64,000 nucleotides of DNA from positions 124,001 to 188,000 of the IMG/VR virus record IMGVR_UViG_3300025162_000016; one strand, written 5' to 3'. Shown one piece after another: positions 10,501-21,010 of this stretch. How positions within the stretch are numbered: the first letter of the stretch is position 1; each line of letters starts with the position of its first letter. The notes under the pieces were generated by a model. The model had not been told where the DNA came from and ran no database searches. It saw only the letters and a list, made by a program, of their open reading frames with translations. A program made the translations under genes and the position numbers.

Positions 10501-11452
10501 TACTGTCGGCAATCAAACTACTATTGCAAATAATGCGTATTATGACGGAGGTTGGAAAAAAATAGTTACCGGAGCTTCAACCGCAGTTCGGTTAAATGGA
10601 CTGGGTACCGCCGGAGATATTACTTTTACCACCAGTGCGAGTGCGGCAGGTGGAACTGCAATGAATAATTGGGATAGCACTGATATTAAAATGACCATTC
10701 TAAATGGCGGTAATGTCGGTATCGGACTTGCCAATCCAGGAGCAAAATTGCAAGTAGCTGGTAATATTAGACTACCAAATGCCGGTGGATATCTTGAATG
10801 GCTGGATGCGGGCGGCGGAGCTAATATTGGATTTTATGCTTCTGTCAATGATTTAGCATTTTATACAGCGGGAACTAATCGCATGCAAATTGATACTGCC
10901 GGTGGAGTGTCAATTGGAAATGATACATATGTAACCACAACCCCACCATCTAATGGACTAATAATCAGTGGTGCCGTTGGTATTGGTTCACTCGCCCCGG
11001 TAAATAAATTAGATGTAGTTGGTAATATATCATGTAGTGTAATCACCGCTTCTTTATTTTATGGAACCGCTTCCCGAGCAGTTAGTTCATCCTTTGCTAT
11101 AACGGCATCCTATGCCTCAAATGCCGCTTCATCAACTCCGTCAAATGTATATACATTAGTTAATAATTCCGCACAAACACAATCAGTAAATTTTACTATG
11201 CCTTATATTGCAGTAACTGCCGGTGCTGGAAATTTATATTTTATTACCTCTTCAAATAGAACCGCCGTTAGCTCAACCGTAATATACGTCTCTGCCTCTT
11301 ATTCAAGATTGTTACGCTGGAATGAAGACTGGCAATACTTAACTCAACCCCATCCCAATAGCCTAGCCGCCGATGAATCATTAATAGCAAGCTTTACTTG
11401 CTTCGGTACCAATGAAACCGATGTAATAGTAGCAATCGCCGTAACAGTATAA
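4574..11452 (+). CDS. Giant modular tail-fibre-like protein 2 (2292 aa, ~20 GNVGIGT-delimited modules)
   Basis: About 20 G(N/Y)VGIGT motifs separating variable segments (72-110 aa each in the central 5903-8702 run), plus SSSWAS repeats shared with fibre 1; lies upstream of the tail genes. Confidence 0.75.
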   Translation: MANITQVVENIAYGTASLYGTASWALNSKTASYISSSNIIGNVTALSASWASSSLSSSYPWFTTGSNIAYVGGNVGIGTTSPAQKLHIESSTSATSQLLIRNTAIAFGSGYSSALLFAPISSFGGTTEALSGASIKSITSDNYSTDLLFSNFDQNRGTFAESMRITSIGNVAIGTTTSSGQQVTINSNQGGVGNAALKIIYNNSSVLGEVAVLAHRTTGWSSLYVSGSGVSLVNAVFVEGDKPVILNAGNVGIGTTTPNNKLEVNGNLYVGGGSGGSGTATQSGFQDTYGGIRSALFLRNSADYAASRGTGIDFQSGAGVAKTRIYSQALDANQDGYYMAFATTPTGGTIGEKMRLSATGGLSLGTYTGTDPGAGSMIISGNVGIGTISPVNRLDVVGNISCSVITASLFNGIATNISGGVANYIPIWASGTTLSSSNIYQTGGNVGIGTTSPGQKLSVAGGTMTFSAGGLSNPAVGIGNTQAAAQAELAGFYTYDSSSGYQGWIGGIAVGGEAGGWGAKTLRFQVPDGSGNPVNALNILGGNGYVGIGTTAPGATLDVSAFSSIRGPEIRLTDRTVIAAARNWVIGNAVGNLSYGSFGISYGSSQGATPDANTALAILNNGNVGIGTTSPATKLHISGATGVASSMLLTDTTDSAEMVFRPVSGGGLIAVTDPKDILFGTYSTPSGLSGYTQNMVIKGSGNVGIGTTSPRAKLHVSTGSIQLEENYGINWLVSGTTRRMLAYAGSNIYFGSIDNDIATNNYYRAGSTGVHIFETNGGEKMRITNTGNVGIGTDTPGGGLDVRVVGAGIATQKTADSVRLGSSASGRSSIWLDTSNTTYTWRAWFIENYLGDLNIGRPSLTVMTLLNGGNVGIGTTSPQALTSLSGLIGAPGITDKGILQIYTDATTHPGSAVNVGLSIGGYLAYPYGMWIQSMDSRANQNTAYPIILNPLGGNVGIGTTSPGSSLHVYSAGTTAFIQVDTIAANTSQFRLLKDNVLKWAIYSPAGSNDLRFYDAADRVTIQSGGNVGIGTTTPEALLTLSKDADIAIRFNTTSAVTVARNWAIDASRLAYGDLAVMQSTALGGDPLAAGTARMYFDYSGYVGIGTTSPESLLHISGGAVDISPGANGNYNEGIRIHPANNDYSTIVIGAVSGANGSGTGQWNFLRYPAANGNMFSILHNAANVMTMTTGSNIGIGTTTPVAKLDVNGTINSGTGHIYLSRNLTDLSARRNWGFVTEQDTVGDFSIRESTSNVNDPASSRLTILSGGNVGIGTTSPGAKLEVNGSINAKTAGSNIISSTVSGTGVYASVQTAADTAGLYQCTFGSTYGGTLYGGVTGNNQVVSEVQGASSYYFGTVGTAPIYFAPQRSIAMTILNNGNVGIGTISPVNRLDVVGNISCSVITASLFFGTASRATNALTAAYVSNTGVVIDTTGMNVNNATTYGVTGINFSSGITYVSSSGIIFTSGNSYKDGAATASLFGTASWALNAKTASYISSTNISGNVTAFSASWASSSLSSSYPWLTTADNISYVGGNVGIGVSAFGSTAEKLLVSGTTYNVISGVGTLDNYLQLNIKNSSAGVAASSDIVATNNTGNETGNFVDLGINSSGYTSNVVGLQNDGYLYNTGSNFYIGNITTGKNLYLFAGGTADTASVIINSSKNVGIGTISPVNKLDVFGNISCSIITASLFYGTASRATTATTALSSSTGVSSDSTDYNLTMVAGSGNQPLLADTHPSLVWNPGTTGVGLLKVGGLLNLRDPNSTTVLYRDTYIEDAGGAIRFTTSGSTYTTFGVTGNITIPVTAKLVGTSSWAVSASWAPSVAASLYVTGAIYASSSISASWASSSLYSIGAIYASSSISASWASSSLYSIGAIYASSSISASWASSSLYSIGAIYASSSISASWASSSLYSIGAIYASSSISASWASASISSSYPWRAIGTDVSYMGGNVGIGTTTPIGADSTNRTFQIGDRFVIQSTVGNQTTIANNAYYDGGWKKIVTGASTAVRLNGLGTAGDITFTTSASAAGGTAMNNWDSTDIKMTILNGGNVGIGLANPGAKLQVAGNIRLPNAGGYLEWLDAGGGANIGFYASVNDLAFYTAGTNRMQIDTAGGVSIGNDTYVTTTPPSNGLIISGAVGIGSLAPVNKLDVVGNISCSVITASLFYGTASRAVSSSFAITASYASNAASSTPSNVYTLVNNSAQTQSVNFTMPYIAVTAGAGNLYFITSSNRTAVSSTVIYVSASYSRLLRWNEDWQYLTQPHPNSLAADESLIASFTCFGTNETDVIVAIAVTV
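10058..10347 (+). repeat. 63-bp perfect tandem repeat (4 copies + 38 nt) encoding AIYASSSISASWASSSLYSIG
   Basis: Units start at 10058, 10121, 10184, 10247 and 10310 (partial); identical at DNA level. Confidence 0.95.
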
Positions 11453-11464
11453 AAATAAAATAAT

Positions 11465-12238
11465 ATGTTTGGATCATTATCAGATGCCGCCTTCGTAGGA
11501 GAAAATGTATACAGTGGAAGTGTATTAGCTATCGATTTTAATTATGGAGTAAATCCGCCGGCAGTACAAAGAACTTTAAATGCTAATATTGTATCTAATA
11601 CAGTTGATATTAGCAACGTTCATTGGAGAAGATTATATGCTACTAGATGTCCCAATCTTATATATCTGTTTGCGGTATCGTGCAATCTAAGTTATATAAG
11701 CATATTAAATTGCCCAAATATCGATTATCTCTATTGCGATATTAATAATTTAACGTCATTGGATTTAAGTTATTCAAAAATTACTACGCTCTCTGTTTTA
11801 CTTTGCCACCACAATCAATTACAAGTATTAACATTAGGTAGTTGTTTAGTACAAGATCAATTGGAATGTCATAATAATCAACTCACTTCATTGGATTTAC
11901 ATACTCAAACCTCATTAATATATTTAAATTGCAGTACTAATCCACTGGCATCATTAAACGTGCATACGGCTTCGGCGTTAACAAATTTAAATGTACGTGA
12001 TTGTTCTGCATTGAGAATCTTGGATGCGTATGGAACAGCACTAGATCAAAATATGATCGATATCGTATATGGAGATCTACTTTATAATGCAATAACTTAT
12101 AATTTACGTGGTAATGGAAATGTAGATTTAAGAGTAGCCAATGCCAGTGTAACTCCATCCGCAACCGGTATAGGATATAGAAATACTCTAACAAGTACCT
12201 CATATTTATGGACTTGTATAGACAATGACAATTTTTGA
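11465..12238 (+). CDS. Leucine-rich-repeat protein (internalin/BspA-like LRRs)
   Basis: Repeats of the LxxLxCxxNxLxxLDL type (YLYCDINNLTSLDLS, LECHNNQLTSLDLH, YLNCSTNPLASLNV). Confidence 0.75.
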   Translation: MFGSLSDAAFVGENVYSGSVLAIDFNYGVNPPAVQRTLNANIVSNTVDISNVHWRRLYATRCPNLIYLFAVSCNLSYISILNCPNIDYLYCDINNLTSLDLSYSKITTLSVLLCHHNQLQVLTLGSCLVQDQLECHNNQLTSLDLHTQTSLIYLNCSTNPLASLNVHTASALTNLNVRDCSALRILDAYGTALDQNMIDIVYGDLLYNAITYNLRGNGNVDLRVANASVTPSATGIGYRNTLTSTSYLWTCIDNDNF

Positions 12239-12393
12239 TATAAAATGTCAAATAATCATAAAAATAAGTTGTTTTTCCAGTTTTGAATAATACATATTCT
12301 TGGTTGAATAATCGATAACGATATTAGATTTTCCGGTGTAAATGCCGAAAAACAACTAAAAAGTTATATAAATTACTAGTTTAATTAAAAAAT

Positions 12394-12702
12394 ATGAGCG
12401 AAAAAATAAAGTTTACCACCGAAGAGCTTGCAGAAATCAAAAATTTGCAGGATAAATTTCAAGGAAAAGTCTTCCTGTTCGGTCAGTTTCGGCTAGAACG
12501 CATGCACCTATTGAGATTAGTCAAAGAATTGGAAACTCGGGAAACCAAAACCGAAGAGGAATATATCGCTCTCCAAACTGACGAAACTTCTCTGCTTGAG
12601 AAATTAATGGAAAAATATGGCGCTGGACAACTTAACCTCGCCGATGGATCCTTTACTCCAGAGAAAAATCTGCCTCCTACCCCAACCGCAACTGCACCGT
12701 AA
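12394..12702 (+). CDS. Hypothetical coiled-coil protein (102 aa)
   Basis: ORF with AT-rich leader; helical, charged sequence; no recognisable domain. Confidence 0.6.
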   Translation: MSEKIKFTTEELAEIKNLQDKFQGKVFLFGQFRLERMHLLRLVKELETRETKTEEEYIALQTDETSLLEKLMEKYGAGQLNLADGSFTPEKNLPPTPTATAP

Positions 12703-12837
12703 AAAAAGTTCGCAGTGAATAGTCCTGCTTATAGCTCATCCATCAAGTGACGGGTGATCACACTGAATTGAGAATGCATATTCGATTCGGAAAAATAAAA
12801 ATTATATAATTAATTTATCTTTCCAAAAATTGGTTCC

Positions 12838-12845
12838 TATTTATA
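12838..12845 (+). promoter_or_regulatory. Putative late promoter TATTTATA (also at 20901, 21588, 26732, 31170, 33519, 36142, 42971, 58374, 59210)
   Basis: Same octamer recurs in intergenic DNA a short distance upstream of structural and putative virion genes; analogous in position to the T4 late promoter TATAAATA. Confidence 0.6.
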
Positions 12846-12877
12846 TTTAGTGAACAATTATAATATAAGGATCAAAT

Positions 12878-15800
12878 ATGCCTACAATCAATAATGGAGG
12901 ATATACCCCCTCCCCCATCGTAAGTCCCGGCGTTTTTACAAAAGAAAACGACCTCTCAGGATTAGCCCAAGGTGTTGCGGAAATCGGCGCAGTAATCGTT
13001 GCCCCATTCCCTAAAGGACCAGGATTTACTCCGGTTATTGTAGAGAGTGTCGCCGACCTAGAAAGTCAATTCGGGGTCGCCGATGGAGTATACTATGGAC
13101 CCTATACCGCCAAAGAATACCTGATAGAAAAAGGATTCGTCACCGTTTGTCGTGTCGGTGCTCTTACTGGATATGAACAGCAATTCCCATTCGTCATTTA
13201 TGCTATCAAAGGCGAATGGACCCGAGCCATAGATGCCGGTTATACTAATTTCGACAAAACATGGCTCTTAAATCCCGTCTTTGTTTTAAATTCATGGAAT
13301 ACCGACAACACGGCGGCTCAACTTATAACTAATGGAACTTTTACTACCGATACCTCCGGATGGGATCATTCTGGAAATGGTGGCTTTAATGTCGTTGATT
13401 CATATTTAGTAATAACCGGAAGTGGTCTCGTAACGCAATCATTTGCAACTGCTTTAGATAAATCATATGATTTATATTATTCATTCATGTCAGGATCCGA
13501 TACACATGGCGGAAATATTAAAATCGGAACTACTGCGGGCGCAAGTGATATTGACGATATTCGTGAATCCGGAGTTGGTCCTAATATTTGGGCTAACCGA
13601 ACCGCTTCATTCGTTGCTCAAGGATCAACTACTTATATAGCTCTTACTAATGCCATTGTCGGAACTACATTATCTGCTAGTTTCGATAATATTTCAGTAC
13701 AAGAAAAAAATCTTACTAATACATATGTCACCGGCGCTGTAGTATTTTCTTCCTCGTTTACCGTACAATTCGCAGATGTTGCCGGGTCAGCAAGTGCGCA
13801 AGCAGCAGGACATGGAACGGGAAGTTCAATGTATTATGGACAAAATGTTTATATTGGAAATGTTGCGGTAAAACTTCCAATATCTCAAGCATTAGCATGG
13901 AGAGATATTAGCGTCAATGTAGCGTCTTCTTCTATCTTAAACGAACTATTACAATCTGGATCGATAGTAGGTAATTTAGTCACAACTAACAATAGTATTA
14001 CGGGCATCGGTGAACCGTGGAATAATCCTTTCGACCCCAACACCACTGGACCGGGAACTCAATTTGCATCATCTTCATACATCAGTCAGTCGTTTGGCGA
14101 ATGTGAAGGCGCAGTATATAAATTGGATGCCTTAATTAAAGGTAGATTCGGAAAATATACCGGAGAATTCCAATCGAATGGTACTCCAACCTATAATCCG
14201 TGCGACGGAACTTGGAAGACAAATAATGCAGATTATAAAGTTTTAGCAGTTCTGGCAGATACTCAAAACTCTCCAGTAAATAGTAACTTGATAGCGGCTG
14301 GTTTTAATGGATCTACAATGGTAACTGCAAGTAATATTGCGGGTGCTACTGAAATTCCAATCGATTATAATTTAACCTTGAAATCTACGGATAGTACCGC
14401 TCCATACGGAACTTATGCTTTCTCATTCGATGCCGGTTCTACAAAATATATTACTACGGTGTTTGGAGATGATCCTACCGCCGGAAATATTGCAACTTAT
14501 GCGGCAGGAACAAAACGAGAAGCGGCTTATACCTATAAAATATTCGAAAATACTATCCGAACCGTAACTGCCGATCCATTGCGATGGTATATTTCAGGAA
14601 GTGTATTGCCCGATGATACCTTCAAAGGTCAACCAATGAACTTCACCGATGAATTTTCATTGAAATTAAATGAAGGCGATTGTCAGTTCGGATTAACTAA
14701 TGCAGCAACTCCTTGGGTTATTTCACAAGAAATTTCTCCTTGGAATGGCGGCACTCCAACTCGGTTCGTTCTTTTCCGAGTGCTCACAATGAGCGATGGA
14801 ACGGATACTAATAGATCCTATAAGATTGAAATAAGTAATATCAAATTAGCCGGAACAGTCTCCGGAACGGATTGGGGTACTTTCACTCTTTCGGTTCGTG
14901 ATTATAGTGATACCGATAAAAAACCACAAATCCTCCAGCAGTTTAATAATTTGACTCTTGATCCAGATTCTTCAAACTTTGTTGCTCGTAGAATCGGCGA
15001 TAGATTCAATTTCATTGACTTCAATGGAAAAATTCTGGAATACGGCACCTATACTAATAACAGTAAATATATCCGTATTGAAATGAATGATATTCCGTGG
15101 CCTATTACAGCAGTCCCTTATGGGTTCGAAGCATACGCACTGCCAGTTGATAGTTCAGCGGGATATTGGTGCCCTCCAATGCGATATACTAAAGCATCAG
15201 TATATTCAGTTAGTCCCGGTAAATACCCATCTGGTATAAACTTCGACGGTGCTCCAACCGGTGCCGAAAATTCACTGGCAGCATTATATCCTACTTCATC
15301 TACTGGCGTAGGAACCGCTGAAGATAATAAACAGTATTTCGCACCACTTCCCCAATTCGATGGTAAAGGCGGAACCTATAGCAGCGTTGGACAGAATTCT
15401 AACTTTGCTCTGGATATGGATATTACTAATGGCGGAGTAATCGAAGCCCCTATTAATTCCGGAAGTCTGCTGGATGGAACAAATATCATTCCCGCAATAT
15501 TAGACAGAGCCGTGGAATCAACTTACGTTAAAATGCGTAAATTCATATTCGGATTTCAGGGTGGATTTGATGGTCAATCTCCTGCAATTCCTATTAATGT
15601 TGGCGGAAATATTATCCCAGGTAATACCCAAGGACTTGATTGCACAAATATCAATTCAGCCGGATCAATTGCTTATAAACAATGTATCGCCGCTCTCGGA
15701 AATGCCGATGAATTCGATATTAACATGATCGTAACTCCCGGTGTTCTCTATGATAGTCATCCATATGTTACTACTCTAGTAGTTGATATGTGTGAAGCTC

Positions 15801-16534
15801 GTGGTGATTGTTTTTATATCTTGGATCTCTATGCCGATGATGGCAATCCCAGCGGTGGACAAATCGAATCAGTCATTAACTTAGCCGCAGAATTCGATAC
15901 CAATTACGCCGGTGCTTATTATCCTTGGGTGAAAATCAAAGATACCAATACTAACAAAATCATCACCGTTCCACCCTCGGTTCTTCTTCCCGGTGTCTAT
16001 GCTGCTAATGATAAAGTAGCGGGCGAATGGTGGGCAGTTGCCGGTCTAAACCGTGGCGGAATTCCTAAAGCAATCCAAGTAACTGATCGCACAACTCATG
16101 CAGAACGGGACGATCTCTACGAAGGAAAAGTTAATCCTATCGCCGCATTCCCCGGTCAAGGTATTGTAGTGTGGGGTCAGAAAACTCTCCAAGTTAAAGC
16201 CTCCGCTCTCGATAGAATCAATGTCCGCCGATTACTCATCGAAATCAAAAAATTCTTCGCCTCATCCGCAAGATACTTGGTCTTTGAACAAAATACCGCC
16301 GCAACAAGAAATAGATTCTTGTCAATCGTTAATCCTTACCTCCAAAGCATCCAACAAAGATCCGGTTTGTACGCTTTCCAAGTGGTAATGGATGATACCA
16401 ATAACACCCCAGATTTAATCGATCAGAACGTATTGTATGGACAGATTTATCTGAAACCTGTGAAATCAGCCGAATTTATCATCTTCGATTTTAATATTTT
16501 AAGCACAGGTGCCAGTTTTGGTGCAAGCGCATAA
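12878..16534 (+). CDS. Contractile tail sheath protein (T4 gp18-like) with large insertions
   Basis: N-terminal SPGVFTKEND; C-terminal YYPWVKI, WWAVAGLNRG, RDDLYEGKVNPIA, WGQKTLQ, SALDRINVRRLL, IYLKPVKSAEFI are sheath hallmarks. Confidence 0.93.
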   Translation: MPTINNGGYTPSPIVSPGVFTKENDLSGLAQGVAEIGAVIVAPFPKGPGFTPVIVESVADLESQFGVADGVYYGPYTAKEYLIEKGFVTVCRVGALTGYEQQFPFVIYAIKGEWTRAIDAGYTNFDKTWLLNPVFVLNSWNTDNTAAQLITNGTFTTDTSGWDHSGNGGFNVVDSYLVITGSGLVTQSFATALDKSYDLYYSFMSGSDTHGGNIKIGTTAGASDIDDIRESGVGPNIWANRTASFVAQGSTTYIALTNAIVGTTLSASFDNISVQEKNLTNTYVTGAVVFSSSFTVQFADVAGSASAQAAGHGTGSSMYYGQNVYIGNVAVKLPISQALAWRDISVNVASSSILNELLQSGSIVGNLVTTNNSITGIGEPWNNPFDPNTTGPGTQFASSSYISQSFGECEGAVYKLDALIKGRFGKYTGEFQSNGTPTYNPCDGTWKTNNADYKVLAVLADTQNSPVNSNLIAAGFNGSTMVTASNIAGATEIPIDYNLTLKSTDSTAPYGTYAFSFDAGSTKYITTVFGDDPTAGNIATYAAGTKREAAYTYKIFENTIRTVTADPLRWYISGSVLPDDTFKGQPMNFTDEFSLKLNEGDCQFGLTNAATPWVISQEISPWNGGTPTRFVLFRVLTMSDGTDTNRSYKIEISNIKLAGTVSGTDWGTFTLSVRDYSDTDKKPQILQQFNNLTLDPDSSNFVARRIGDRFNFIDFNGKILEYGTYTNNSKYIRIEMNDIPWPITAVPYGFEAYALPVDSSAGYWCPPMRYTKASVYSVSPGKYPSGINFDGAPTGAENSLAALYPTSSTGVGTAEDNKQYFAPLPQFDGKGGTYSSVGQNSNFALDMDITNGGVIEAPINSGSLLDGTNIIPAILDRAVESTYVKMRKFIFGFQGGFDGQSPAIPINVGGNIIPGNTQGLDCTNINSAGSIAYKQCIAALGNADEFDINMIVTPGVLYDSHPYVTTLVVDMCEARGDCFYILDLYADDGNPSGGQIESVINLAAEFDTNYAGAYYPWVKIKDTNTNKIITVPPSVLLPGVYAANDKVAGEWWAVAGLNRGGIPKAIQVTDRTTHAERDDLYEGKVNPIAAFPGQGIVVWGQKTLQVKASALDRINVRRLLIEIKKFFASSARYLVFEQNTAATRNRFLSIVNPYLQSIQQRSGLYAFQVVMDDTNNTPDLIDQNVLYGQIYLKPVKSAEFIIFDFNILSTGASFGASA

Positions 16535-16540
16535 CACTGA

Positions 16541-16573
16541 TGAACTACCCACCCGCTAAAGCAGGTGGGTTTC
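16541..16573 (+). mobile_element. Orphan IS200/IS605-type terminal hairpin (left-end-like)
   Basis: TGAACTACCCACCCGCTAAAGCAGGTGGGTTTC: GC-rich stem around a CTAAAG core, resembling IS605-group subterminal palindromes; no transposase next to it. Confidence 0.55.
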
Positions 16574-16592
16574 CCCCCCGAGCAATAGTTAT

Positions 16593-16626
16593 AAAATCCT
16601 GACTTAGAAATGAGTCAGGATTTTTT
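16593..16626 (+). terminator. Rho-independent terminator after the sheath gene
   Basis: AAAATCCTGACT...AGTCAGGATTTT stem followed by a T run. Confidence 0.8.
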
Positions 16627-16701
16627 CTGTCATTATAATAAATTGTGGTTTCTTTCTTTTTTTGATATATATCATCATGCACAATAACATTGTAACCATA
16701 T

Positions 16702-18519
16702 ATGCCATATAATCACTGTAATCAATGTAAAAAAAGATTAAAAAACGATGCAACTGAGAAGTTTTGTTCAATAACCTGTAAAACAGCTTATCAAACCTCT
16801 CCAGAAATATATTGTAAGTTTTGTAAAAAAACTATAGGAATATCATCATGTAATAAAAAACAGTTCTGTAATAATATCTGCGTCAACGAATATCAGAGGC
16901 AAATAAATAAAATTGAGCGAATGTGTGTAAATTGCAATAATCTATTTATCGTTCAAAAAAGTTCGCATCGTTATAAATTATGTTCTATAAAATGTGAAAA
17001 GGAATATGTGGCATCAGACAGAAGAAATGAAGCCAGGATGAATTCATTAACGCATAATAATCTAAAAAAATATGGGGTAGAATTCACACAGTCTTTACCA
17101 GAAATTATACAAAAATCACAAAACACAAAACAATTAAAATATGGAGATAGAAATTATAATAACATTAATAAAATAAAAGAAACTAATTTAAAAAAATATG
17201 GTAAAGAATTTGCCATGCAATTGGATATTATTAATAATAAAGCGATAGAAACAAAACTAAAAAAATATGGTACTTTAAACTTCAATGATAAATCAAATAA
17301 AACGAAATTGGAAAAATACGGAACTTTGAATTTTTATAATAAAGCGTCAAAAACGGTAAAAGAAAAATATGGAGTAGATAACATTTCACAATTGGATAGT
17401 AACAAAAAAAAGATGTCAGAATTACAAAAAAATCTTTTTTGGGAAAAGATATCCTTGGGAAATAGACTACAAAATAAAGCGAAACCATTATTTACTATCG
17501 ATGAATTAAAAAAATCGGAATATAAAACTAAATATAAATTTCAATGTAACACTTGTTTAGTTTTATTCTCGGATCATTTAAATTGTGGTCATGTTCCCCG
17601 ATGTCCAAATTGTTATCCATCATCAATAACAAAACCACACCGTGAAATTTTAGATTTTATAAAATCCATATATAGTGAGGAAATTCAAATTAATAATAGA
17701 AATGTATTAAATGGATTCGAATTGGACATTTATATACCGAAACTAAAACTAGCGATTGAATACAATGGATTATACTGGCACGGTGAGGTGAGTGGAGGAA
17801 AAGAAAGAAAATATCATTTAACAAAAACAATTAAATGTGAAGAAAAAGATATACAGTTAATACATATTTTTGAAGATGAGTGGTTTGATAAACAGGATAT
17901 AATTAAATCGAAATTAAAACATTTATTGGGATGCAACAATGAGGTGATATATGCTAGAAAATGCATAATCTCCTCTATTAATTTTGATGTTAAAAATGAT
18001 TTTCTTGAAAATAATCATTTACAAGGAACCGATAATTCTTCAATTAGACTGGGAGCATTTCATAATAATAAATTGGTAGCAGTTATGACATTTGGAAAAT
18101 TACGAAAAGCACTTGGAAACAATAAAAGCGAGGAGGGGCATTATGAAATGTATAGATTTTGCATTGGAAACAAAAATGTGGTTGGCATTGCGGGAAAATT
18201 CTTAAATTATTTTATAAAAAATCATTCACCAAAACAAATCGTTTCTTATTCTGATCGTAGATATTCAAATTTAAATAAATGTTATTTATCTAAAATAGGA
18301 TTTAATTTAAATAGTAAAACCGAACCGGGATATTGGTATTTTGATAAAACCGGAATCAGATATCATCGATTTAATTTTCGTAAGGATCAACTTTCTAAAA
18401 AATTATCTGTATTTGATCCAGACTTGACTGAATGGGAGAATATGCAATTAAACGGATATGATCGGATATGGGATTGTGGGAATTATAAATACATATGGAA
18501 ACCGCCAATTTCAGATTGA
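16702..18519 (+). CDS. Hef-like free-standing endonuclease (Zn fingers, KYG repeats, Vsr-like PD-(D/E)XK, C-terminal GNAT/Mom-like domain)
   Basis: CxxC..FCSxxC fingers, repeated K(K/Y)YG motifs, ELDIYIPKLKLAIEYNGLYWH, NHLQG...VMTFG...SYSDRRY...EWENMQLNGYDRIWDCG. Confidence 0.7.
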   Translation: MPYNHCNQCKKRLKNDATEKFCSITCKTAYQTSPEIYCKFCKKTIGISSCNKKQFCNNICVNEYQRQINKIERMCVNCNNLFIVQKSSHRYKLCSIKCEKEYVASDRRNEARMNSLTHNNLKKYGVEFTQSLPEIIQKSQNTKQLKYGDRNYNNINKIKETNLKKYGKEFAMQLDIINNKAIETKLKKYGTLNFNDKSNKTKLEKYGTLNFYNKASKTVKEKYGVDNISQLDSNKKKMSELQKNLFWEKISLGNRLQNKAKPLFTIDELKKSEYKTKYKFQCNTCLVLFSDHLNCGHVPRCPNCYPSSITKPHREILDFIKSIYSEEIQINNRNVLNGFELDIYIPKLKLAIEYNGLYWHGEVSGGKERKYHLTKTIKCEEKDIQLIHIFEDEWFDKQDIIKSKLKHLLGCNNEVIYARKCIISSINFDVKNDFLENNHLQGTDNSSIRLGAFHNNKLVAVMTFGKLRKALGNNKSEEGHYEMYRFCIGNKNVVGIAGKFLNYFIKNHSPKQIVSYSDRRYSNLNKCYLSKIGFNLNSKTEPGYWYFDKTGIRYHRFNFRKDQLSKKLSVFDPDLTEWENMQLNGYDRIWDCGNYKYIWKPPISD

Positions 18520-18536
18520 TCTAACATATCAAATAA

Positions 18537-18574
18537 TGAACCACCCCTACGTCTTTAGCGTAGGGGTGAGTTCA
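18537..18574 (+). mobile_element. Orphan IS200/IS605-type terminal hairpin (right-end-like)
   Basis: TGAACCACCCCTACGTCTTTAGCGTAGGGGTGAGTTCA; its reverse complement begins TGAACT and carries the GCTAAAG core like the 16541 copy. A second weaker hairpin follows at 18593-18624. Confidence 0.55.
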
Positions 18575-18649
18575 TAAGAATATGATCAAATTGCTTCACC
18601 GGTCGAATAATGGGCGGGTGGAGTGCTATATATTAATAGGTAAATTATT

Positions 18650-20755
<2,106 letters not shown>

Positions 20756-20773
20756 CAAATTTTCCTGTACATA

Positions 20774-20902
20774 TTAGTACAAGTACTTAGTACAAGTACT
20801 TAGTACAAGTACTTAGTACAAGTACTTAGTACAAGTACTTAGTACAAGTACTTAGTACAAGTACTTAGTACAAGTACAAGTACTTAGTACAAGTACTTAG
20901 TA
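20774..20902. repeat. Intergenic 13-bp tandem array (TTAGTACAAGTAC)x9 with one 6-bp AAGTAC insertion
   Basis: Eight perfect units 20774-20877, extra AAGTAC 20878-20883, ninth unit 20884-20896, partial TTAGTA; no spacers. Confidence 0.95.
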
Positions 20903-21010
20903 TTTATATAGTAACTGTTTAAAACATAGAACATATATACTGTTTGTACAGTACAGTGTACAGAGAAAAATTAAAAAGTCAACTTATTTTATTTATTATC
21001 GAGTTTTTAT

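Noticed and set aside
20774-20902. CRISPR array
   Set aside because: 13-bp units are contiguous with no unique spacers, and no cas genes are present.
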